A DNA stretch of 64,000 nt from an uncultured bacterium (GTDB lineage: Bacteria > Zhuqueibacterota > QNDG01 > DTFT01). Below are positions 31,293 through 38,577 of this stretch, piece after piece. The notes below the pieces were generated by a model. It searched no databases and was not told the DNA's origin. It was given only the letters and a program-made list of their open reading frames with translations. A program made the position numbers and the translations under genes. Position 1 is the first letter of the stretch. Each line of letters begins with the position of its first letter. Location of the stretch: positions 320,001 to 384,000 of the forward strand of contig CAVTNR010000012.1 of the NCBI GenBank assembly GCA_963736115.1, written 5' to 3'.

Positions 31293-32257
31293 TTAATTTT
31301 TCCCTCTTTGGATAGGCTCGGATTCTCAGTGCTCAGCCCGGAACGGTGCGGACCCCGGATGAATCCCCAGGTGTACCACAGGAGACCCAGGAAAATAGGG
31401 GGATACAACGCGACATACTGCAGAAACAGGCGGCGGTCCGATTTCAGGAACCGCAGACCGATGGCCGCGGTGCGGAAAGCCGGGATGAAAACGATCAGGA
31501 ACGGCCACCGGATCAGGAAATGGCCGTGGCGCCGTGTGAGCCGCCGCGTCTCGGATGCGCCTTCGCCCAAAGCGGTCTGGTTCCTGAGGAAATGCAGGAA
31601 TCCGGTCCGGTTCATGTGCGTGATCCGCGCCTCCGGCACGAAACGGATGCGGTGGCCCAGGGCCCGGGCCCGGTCGCAGAAAATGGTGTCCTCCCCCTTC
31701 ATGAAATCCGGGAACCCGCCGACCGCATCGAACACCGGCCGTTCCACGCCGAGATTGCACGAGGGCAGGGCGCCGATCTCCCGCCCGGGCATGCCGGGAT
31801 TGATCTCGTTGAATTCCAGAAGGTATTCGGCCGTGCCCACCCCACTGCGGGGCGTGCCGTTCGCCACACTGCCACCCGCCACCCGGTACCCGCTGATCAC
31901 GGTTTTCCACAACCGGTCCAGCCACTCGACATCCGGGATGCAGTCAGTGTCCGTGAAGCACACCACCCGGCCAAGGGCCATGCGACCGCCGATGGTCCGG
32001 GCCCGTCCGGGCAGGGTCCGTTTCGCGAGTTGAACCACGGTCACGTCCGGATGACGGCTGTGTATCATCGCTTCCACAGGCTCAGGCGAACTGTCGACCA
32101 CGATCACCTCGATCGAGAGCCGGGCCGACTGGCGCCGGACCGCGTCCAGGCAGTGGAGCACGGATTCCCCCGGCTTGTAGGAAGGAATGACGACGGACAC
32201 ATCCGGCTTTCCCGGACGGGGGATGCGGCGGTTTTTTTTTGTGCGGGCCTTTTTCAA
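31289..32257 (-). CDS. GT2 glycosyltransferase
   Basis: VSVVIPSY, EVIVVDSS, AR..G, FTDTDC, GGF......GED. Start (TTG overlap) uncertain. Confidence 0.88.
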   Translation of the reverse strand: MKKARTKKNRRIPRPGKPDVSVVIPSYKPGESVLHCLDAVRRQSARLSIEVIVVDSSPEPVEAMIHSRHPDVTVVQLAKRTLPGRARTIGGRMALGRVVCFTDTDCIPDVEWLDRLWKTVISGYRVAGGSVANGTPRSGVGTAEYLLEFNEINPGMPGREIGALPSCNLGVERPVFDAVGGFPDFMKGEDTIFCDRARALGHRIRFVPEARITHMNRTGFLHFLRNQTALGEGASETRRLTRRHGHFLIRWPFLIVFIPAFRTAAIGLRFLKSDRRLFLQYVALYPPIFLGLLWYTWGFIRGPHRSGLSTENPSLSKEGKIK

Positions 32258-33390
32258 TCGGCCCCTTTTCCGGCCGATACCGGCCGGCTGAGCGTCTCGA
32301 TGGCGGAGACGGTGTCGGCCCAGGCCGGGTCCGGCCCTTTCGGACGCGCCGGTTCCGGGCCCGCGGCCGCGGACAGCATGGCGCGGGCCAGGGCCGCGGA
32401 ATCCCCGGGCGGGACGACGCGGCCCATGCCGGTCCGTTTCACGTTCTCGGCGAGACCGCCGACATCCGTGACCACGGCCGGCCTTCCCAGAGCCGCGGCC
32501 ATCTGGGGCACGCCGCTCTGCGTGGCGCTCCGGTAGGGCAGGACAACCACGTCGCACGCCGCGAAATAAACGCCGACCTCCTCATTTCCCACGTACCGGT
32601 CGATGATGCGCACTGCGTCTTCGAGTTTCAATTCCCGGATTCTCCTGCGGGTTTTTTCAACCGGCTCCCAGAATTCGCCCACCACCAGTAGAACTGCCGC
32701 GGGCCGCCGGGCCGCGACAATCGTCATGGCGTCCAGCAGGAGATCCAGCCCCTTGTAGGGACGGACGAATCCGAAAAACAGGAAGACCGGTGAGCGGCCG
32801 CCGATGCCCAGTTCGGTCCGCGCTTGCCGCCGGCTCCCGCGGAACGGGGGAAGGCTGGGATGCGGGGCGATGGGACAGCGGATCACCGCCGCGTCCGGCC
32901 GCAGGCCGAACAGACGGCCGCGGTCCGCCTCGCTGTGCACGACGAAGCCGTCGGCCGCGCCGAGGGCGGAACGGACGATCCGCTCCAGCACGGCATTCGT
33001 CTCATGCGGCAGAACATTGTGGCAGACGAAAATCACCGGCACGCGGAGCCGGGCGCGCACCCGCCGGACGATGAACCACCACGCGGGCGCGAAAAACGGA
33101 ACCCACCACACCAGCACCAGGGCGTCCGGCCGGAATCCCGCGGCGCGCCGCGCCGCGGGCTCCCACGTGGAGGGATCGGCCGCGTCCAGGATGCGGGCGC
33201 AGGGCTCAACGTCCGGAAACCGGCTGGGATCCCGGTCCGTTTTTCCGGGAAACAGCCATTGCGGATACTGCCGCCGGAACGAGATGAAATCGACTTCGTG
33301 GGACCGCCTGAGGTGCCTGCAGAGCAGAGTGGTGTGCTGCGACACGCCCCCGCGGTACGGATGGGTCGGACCGATCAGCGCGATTCTCAT
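32254..33390 (-). CDS. GT4 glycosyltransferase
   Basis: GP.HPYRGG, FFGFVRPYKG, VLPYRSATQSGV, VTDVGGL.E. Confidence 0.92.
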   Translation of the reverse strand: MRIALIGPTHPYRGGVSQHTTLLCRHLRRSHEVDFISFRRQYPQWLFPGKTDRDPSRFPDVEPCARILDAADPSTWEPAARRAAGFRPDALVLVWWVPFFAPAWWFIVRRVRARLRVPVIFVCHNVLPHETNAVLERIVRSALGAADGFVVHSEADRGRLFGLRPDAAVIRCPIAPHPSLPPFRGSRRQARTELGIGGRSPVFLFFGFVRPYKGLDLLLDAMTIVAARRPAAVLLVVGEFWEPVEKTRRRIRELKLEDAVRIIDRYVGNEEVGVYFAACDVVVLPYRSATQSGVPQMAAALGRPAVVTDVGGLAENVKRTGMGRVVPPGDSAALARAMLSAAAGPEPARPKGPDPAWADTVSAIETLSRPVSAGKGAD

Positions 33391-34355
33391 GCCCGGGGAC
33401 GCTTCTTCCTTTCCCCGTCCCCGAATTCGAGCTTCTTCATCCGGTACAGCACATCCTCGATCAGCCTGCGGTTGGCCGCGATCAGGTCGGACAGGAGCCC
33501 GATCATGGCCACCTGGAACCCGACGATCATGAGCACCGCGGCCAGAATCAGCGACTGAATGTGCCCCGTCCCGGACCCCGTGAAATAGTACCAGAGGAAG
33601 CGGAGCCCGAGCAGGAAGCCGAGCCCGAACACGGCGCCCCCGATGGAGAGGAATATCTTCAGCGGCTCATACAGGGCGTAGATGCGGATCATCGTGGTCA
33701 GGGACCTCTTGAGGTACGAGCCGATGTTCGAGAACAGGCGCGAGGGCCGCATCTGGGCGTTGGTGCGGACCGGGACATGCGTGACCGCGATGTTCTTCTT
33801 GCCGGCCTGGATCACGGTCTCGAGCGTGTAGGTGAAGCGCGAGAGGATGTTCAGCCGCATCGCGGCATCCCGGCTCATCGCCCGGAAGCCGCTCGTCACG
33901 TCCGGGATGTCCGTTCCGGAGAGCCGGCGCACCGTCCAGCTCCCCCACTTCTGGAGCCGCTTTTTGATGAAGGAGAAATGCCGGATGGTCTCCACCCGCC
34001 GGTCGCCGATCACCATGTCCGCCTCGCCCGACAGGATGGGATCGATCAGGGACTGGATGTCCGCGGCCGCGTACTGGTTGTCGGCGTCCGTGTTCACGAT
34101 GATGTCCGCGCCGAGGCGGACACAGGCGTCGAGCCCCGCCGAAAAGGCGTCGGCCAAACCCCGGTGGTTTTTGAAATGGACGACATGCGCCGCCTTTCCG
34201 CCTCGTGCCGCGCGGACCGTGCCGTCGGACGACCCGTCGTCGATAACGACCACCTCGATGCGGTCCACGCCTCGAAGTCTGCGCGGCAGGGCGCGGAGGG
34301 TCACGGGCAGTGTCTGTTCCTCGTTGTAGCAGGGGATCTGAATGATGAGTTTCAC
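33387..34355 (-). CDS. GT2 polyprenol-phosphate glycosyltransferase with C-terminal TM helices
   Basis: KLIIQIPCYNEE, IDDGS.D, NTDADNQY, D.TSGFRA, YTLET.IQ; GTG start. Confidence 0.9.
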   Translation of the reverse strand: MKLIIQIPCYNEEQTLPVTLRALPRRLRGVDRIEVVVIDDGSSDGTVRAARGGKAAHVVHFKNHRGLADAFSAGLDACVRLGADIIVNTDADNQYAAADIQSLIDPILSGEADMVIGDRRVETIRHFSFIKKRLQKWGSWTVRRLSGTDIPDVTSGFRAMSRDAAMRLNILSRFTYTLETVIQAGKKNIAVTHVPVRTNAQMRPSRLFSNIGSYLKRSLTTMIRIYALYEPLKIFLSIGGAVFGLGFLLGLRFLWYYFTGSGTGHIQSLILAAVLMIVGFQVAMIGLLSDLIAANRRLIEDVLYRMKKLEFGDGERKKRPRA

Positions 34356-34369
34356 CGGACCGCGCTCCG

Positions 34370-35320
34370 TCAGTTGAGGGTTTCTTCGATGTTGTAGGGC
34401 TCCATCTCGCCCGCATGCGTGAAGATGATCATCTCGCCGAGCAGGCCGATGGAGATCATCTGGACGCCGATCACGAGGAGCAGTGCGCCGAGCACCAGCA
34501 GGGGCCGCCCCGCGATGGCGCCGAATCCGAGGATCCGGTACACGAACAGGTAGAGTTCGATGACGAGCCCGGCCGCGGCGAATCCGGTGCCGACGAATCC
34601 CATGAAGTGGATGGGCTTCCGCGAATACCGGGTGAGAAAGAAAACGGTGAGCACGTCGAGCAGGCGCTGGACGTATTCCCCCGGGTACCGCGACTGCCGG
34701 AAAGTCCCCGGCAGCTGCCCGATATCCTCCTCGGCCACGGCGTAGCCCTGCTGGGCGGCGAGCACGGGGATGAAGTTCACGAGGTCGCCGTACAGGGGCA
34801 CACGGTCGAGCACGTCCCGGCGCGAGACGAACACGCCGCTGTTGACGTCGCGAAGTCTCAGCCCGGTGGCGCGCGACACGAGGCGGTTGAAGCCCCGCGA
34901 CACCCACTGGTTGAGCCGGGAGTCGGCCCGGGGATGCCGGCGGCCGACGACGAAATCCGCGCCCGCGTCGAGCCGTTTCACCAGAGCCGGCAGTCCGTCG
35001 GGGTCGACGCGCACGCGGCCGCTGAGATAAGCGACGGCGCGGCCCCGCGACGCCTGAATGCCCGCGTGGAGCGCGGCCGCCTCGCCGAATTCGGTGCGGA
35101 GCCGGATGAGCCGCAGACGGCGGTCGCGCCGCGCCGCGGTCGCGAGCCGGCGCCAGGTGTCGTCCGTACTGCCGTCGTCCACGGCCACGATTTCATAGGG
35201 CCGTTTCAGCCGGTCACACGCGGCCCGGAGCGACGTGAAGGTCTGCGGCACGTCTTCGGCCTGGTTGCGGAGACCCACGACGACGGAGAGGTCCGGTCGC
35301 CGGGTGCGGTTCGATTTCAT
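34370..35320 (-). CDS. GT2 ArnC/GtrB-like protein, possibly catalytically atypical
   Basis: VDDGSTD.T, FG..AAL.AG, D.NSG, LYG....FIP, IGLLGE. The usual D.D motif reads YLSGR. Confidence 0.82.
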   Translation of the reverse strand: MKSNRTRRPDLSVVVGLRNQAEDVPQTFTSLRAACDRLKRPYEIVAVDDGSTDDTWRRLATAARRDRRLRLIRLRTEFGEAAALHAGIQASRGRAVAYLSGRVRVDPDGLPALVKRLDAGADFVVGRRHPRADSRLNQWVSRGFNRLVSRATGLRLRDVNSGVFVSRRDVLDRVPLYGDLVNFIPVLAAQQGYAVAEEDIGQLPGTFRQSRYPGEYVQRLLDVLTVFFLTRYSRKPIHFMGFVGTGFAAAGLVIELYLFVYRILGFGAIAGRPLLVLGALLLVIGVQMISIGLLGEMIIFTHAGEMEPYNIEETLN

Positions 35321-35354
35321 GGTCTTTCCTCGCGGTCGAACGCCCTTGGGGCGT

Positions 35355-35717
35355 TTATTTTTTGAGCATGGTGAATGCGCCGGCGGCGATCAGAAAGGCG
35401 CCGAAGACGCGCCGGAGAACATCATTCGAAACGCCGATCGCGGCACGGCTTCCCGCCAGCGCGCCGAAAATGAAACCGAGGCAGATGAGCCCCGCGATCT
35501 TCACATTGACGTGACCCGCCCGGTAATAGGTCCAGGCCGCCAGCAGGCCGACAGGCGGAATGAGAACAGCCAGCGAAGTGCCCTGGGCCTGGTGCTGGGT
35601 GAAGCCGAAAATCAGCGTCATCGCGGGAACGAGGAGCAGTCCGCCCCCGATGCCCATGAATCCGCTGGCGACGCCAGCGGCCAGGCCGAGCAGGATGTAC
35701 GGGACAATGGCATTCAT
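35355..35717 (-). CDS. half-size TauE/SafE (TSUP, DUF81) membrane protein
   Basis: 120 aa; GLAAG..SG..GIGGG...VP, QH.AQGTSLA.L.PP, G...GA..G, LRR.FG. Confidence 0.85.
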   Translation of the reverse strand: MNAIVPYILLGLAAGVASGFMGIGGGLLLVPAMTLIFGFTQHQAQGTSLAVLIPPVGLLAAWTYYRAGHVNVKIAGLICLGFIFGALAGSRAAIGVSNDVLRRVFGAFLIAAGAFTMLKK

Positions 35718-36697
35718 GCGCGACGCCTTTCCGATCGGGCCGGCGTTACGGCCGGCGGCCACGCGGACGCCAGGCCCCTTCCCCGGCGCCGGCCGGTTGC
35801 GACGATGAGACTCGCCACGGCTCCGAGAAAAATCCACTGGAAGGCGGCGGCGAGAAACAGAAAAACGATGGTGACCGCGATGTTCCGGCTCTCTGGCGGC
35901 AGTCCGCCGTTCATCCCGCGGGCCGCGATCCAGAGAGCGGCGGCGGCGCCGATGATGAAAAAAACGAGGCCGGTGCCCGCGAAAAACCGTAGCGGGTTGC
36001 GCAGGTGCTTCAGAAACAGATTCAGGCTGGACAGATCCATCAGCACGCGGAACGTCCGTGTCAGGTTGTACTTGGATTGACCGTACTGACGGGCGTGGTG
36101 CCGGACGGCAAGCTCGGAGATGCGGGCGCCCTCGACCCTGGCCAGGGCCGGCAGAAAACGGTGCAGTTCCCCGTACACGCGTATCCGCTCCACGACTTCG
36201 CGGCGGAACGCCTTGAGCGAGCACCCCGTGTCGTGCAGACGCACGTCCGTCACCGAGCAGATCAGGCGGTTGGCGATGCGGGACGGAATTTTCCGGATGA
36301 AGAGCTTGTCCCGGCGGTGTTTGCGCCATCCGCTGACCACGTCGTATCCCTCGCGTACCTTCTCGAGCAGGGCCGGTATGTCCCGCGGATCGTTCTGCAG
36401 ATCCCCGTCCATGGTGACCACGATTTCGCCGCGGCTCGCTCGAAACCCCGCGTCCATGGCCGCGGACTGCCCGAAATTCCTCCGGAGCAGGACGACCCGG
36501 AGCTTCCGGTCTCCGGCCGCGAGCCGCCGCAGGACGTCCCGAGTGCCGTCCTGGCTGCCGTCGTCCACAATCACGGTCTCGGTGGCCGGCCCGATGCGGT
36601 CCAGTACTTCCCGTATGGACCGGACGAGAATCGGTACGCTCTCCCGCTCATTGTACACGGGAACGACCACGGACACTTCGATTTTCCCGGCCTTCAC
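35714..36697 (-). CDS. GT2 ArnC/GtrB-like undecaprenyl-phosphate glycosyltransferase
   Basis: VVPVYNE, VDDGSQDGT, RNFGQSAA, MDGDLQNDP, VVSGWR, HDTGCSLKA, YGELHRF.P, HH.R..G.SKY. Confidence 0.93.
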   Translation of the reverse strand: MKAGKIEVSVVVPVYNERESVPILVRSIREVLDRIGPATETVIVDDGSQDGTRDVLRRLAAGDRKLRVVLLRRNFGQSAAMDAGFRASRGEIVVTMDGDLQNDPRDIPALLEKVREGYDVVSGWRKHRRDKLFIRKIPSRIANRLICSVTDVRLHDTGCSLKAFRREVVERIRVYGELHRFLPALARVEGARISELAVRHHARQYGQSKYNLTRTFRVLMDLSSLNLFLKHLRNPLRFFAGTGLVFFIIGAAAALWIAARGMNGGLPPESRNIAVTIVFLFLAAAFQWIFLGAVASLIVATGRRRGRGLASAWPPAVTPARSERRRA

Positions 36698-38568
36698 GCT
36701 TTTCCTCCAGCCCCGGCCCGTTGCGGACGGTCCACGTGCCGGGTCAGCCAGAGTTCCAACACCATGAGCGCCCACAGCCGGTGGGCGTGGTTCTCCCTTT
36801 TTTCGAGATGCTCGCGGATCATGGCCTGCACGCGGCCGGAGTCGAACAGCCCGCGCCGCCGCACCGTTTCTTCGGACAGGAGGTCGGTCATGAAGGACCG
36901 GACCCCGGCGTGGTCGCGCATCCAGTTTTTCAGCGGGATGCTGTGGCCCAGCTTGTCCTTGCGGTGCACGATCGCGTGCGGGAGCAGGGGCTCAACCGCC
37001 AGTTTCTCGATGCGCTTGACTTCCCCGCCCCGGATCTTGAAGCGCGACGGCATCTCCGCGCATGCCTGCACCAGGCCGGGGTCGAGGAGGGGAAATTTCG
37101 GCCGTATGCCGAAAGGCCGCACCAGACCCATCCGGCTCAGGTAGAAATGCACCACGGTCGCATAGTCCGCGGCCAGGGAGCGCGCCAATGCGTCGGAGCC
37201 CTCGGCTTCGCGGTTGAAGGTCAGCATGTCCTCGAAAGACGCGGTCCGGTACGCATCCTCCCAGCGGCCGGGCAGAATCAGGCCGGCCAGGTCATCGGGC
37301 CGGTAATAGGCGCGCCAGCGCTGGGTGCCGAGGCTGGCAGGAAAACCGGCGCTCGCGGAGAAACGCTTGACCTTGACTCTCAGGTCCTTCTTATGGTCGG
37401 AATCGCGCAAGTTCCGGCCCCAGGCGAAAACCGGCTTCTGCACCCAGGACGGGACGAAGCGGAGAAAAGCCGCGGCCCGGTCCGCCAGGTACACCGGATG
37501 GCCCGCGAACAGCTCATCCCCGCCGTCTCCGGTGAACAGTTCGTCCACCTTGCCTTCGGCCTCCCGGCCGAGCAGAAGCGTCGCGATGTTGATGCCCGCG
37601 TCACAGAATGGTTCGTCCTGCAGTTCCACCAGACCCTCAAGGCCGAGCACGTCCTCTGGTCTGTACTCCACCAGCGTGTGGCGGGTTCCGAACGCGTCCG
37701 CCACCATCTGCGCGTAATGCGATTCGTCGAAAGACAGCCCCCGGCAGCGGAAGGAAAAGGTCCGGAGCTCGGACACCCCCGCGCGGGACAGAAGCGACAC
37801 GACGGACGAGGAATCGAGCCCGCCGCTCAGAAACACGCCCGTCCTGCGGTCCTTCCGGACGCGGATGCGGACCGCCTCGGCCATCCTCTGCCGCACGTCC
37901 TCCGCCCATTCCGCTTCGGTGCGGCGAACCGGTTCCGTGAAACGCGGCCGCCAGAAGGGCCGGGATTCGGTTTTTCCGTCCCGGAACACCAGGCAGTCGC
38001 CGGGCCGCAGGCGGCGGACGCCCCGGTACATCGTCTGGAATCCGGGGTTGTAGCAGAAGGTCAGGAATTTGGTGATCACCCGGAGGTCCGGCTCCGGCCG
38101 CAGCTTCGCCAGTCTGAGCGCGAGTTCGGGGATGTTCGCGAATGCCAGACCGCCGCCGAAAACCGCGTAATAAACCGGCATGATGCCGAGTGGGTCGCCG
38201 GCCAGAACGCCGGTGCCGTCCGATCCGTCCCAGGCCGCGACCGTGAACGCGCCGTTCACTTCCGCGAACCCGTCAGGCCCCTTGCGTTTCCAGAGGTCCC
38301 AGAGCCTTTGAGCTTCGGTGACGCCGGCCGGTTCTCCGGCCCCGAACCATTCGCCGGTCCAGACCAGGCCGCTCCGGCCGTCTTCGGACCGCCACGACCG
38401 GGATAAGGCATCCGGTTTCCCGTCCGGAGACAGTCCGTCCGAAGTCAGCAGGGCCGAATCACATTCGAATACGGCCGGCTGTCCCGTAGCCCGCACGTTC
38501 TCGAAAATCGAGCCGAGTTCGTCCCGTATACCGGGAACTTCCGAATGTCCGAATACGCCGCACCACAT
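36694..38568 (-). CDS. asparagine synthase-like ATP-dependent amidoligase with degenerate Ntn glutaminase domain
   Basis: FLSGGLDSS, DEP..D, TGDGGDELFAG, FP.LD, R.K.G..P...W. N-terminus is MWCG and lacks HxRL and NGEIYN. Confidence 0.88.
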   Translation of the reverse strand: MWCGVFGHSEVPGIRDELGSIFENVRATGQPAVFECDSALLTSDGLSPDGKPDALSRSWRSEDGRSGLVWTGEWFGAGEPAGVTEAQRLWDLWKRKGPDGFAEVNGAFTVAAWDGSDGTGVLAGDPLGIMPVYYAVFGGGLAFANIPELALRLAKLRPEPDLRVITKFLTFCYNPGFQTMYRGVRRLRPGDCLVFRDGKTESRPFWRPRFTEPVRRTEAEWAEDVRQRMAEAVRIRVRKDRRTGVFLSGGLDSSSVVSLLSRAGVSELRTFSFRCRGLSFDESHYAQMVADAFGTRHTLVEYRPEDVLGLEGLVELQDEPFCDAGINIATLLLGREAEGKVDELFTGDGGDELFAGHPVYLADRAAAFLRFVPSWVQKPVFAWGRNLRDSDHKKDLRVKVKRFSASAGFPASLGTQRWRAYYRPDDLAGLILPGRWEDAYRTASFEDMLTFNREAEGSDALARSLAADYATVVHFYLSRMGLVRPFGIRPKFPLLDPGLVQACAEMPSRFKIRGGEVKRIEKLAVEPLLPHAIVHRKDKLGHSIPLKNWMRDHAGVRSFMTDLLSEETVRRRGLFDSGRVQAMIREHLEKRENHAHRLWALMVLELWLTRHVDRPQRAGAGGKA

Positions 38569-38577
38569 GAGGGTTCG

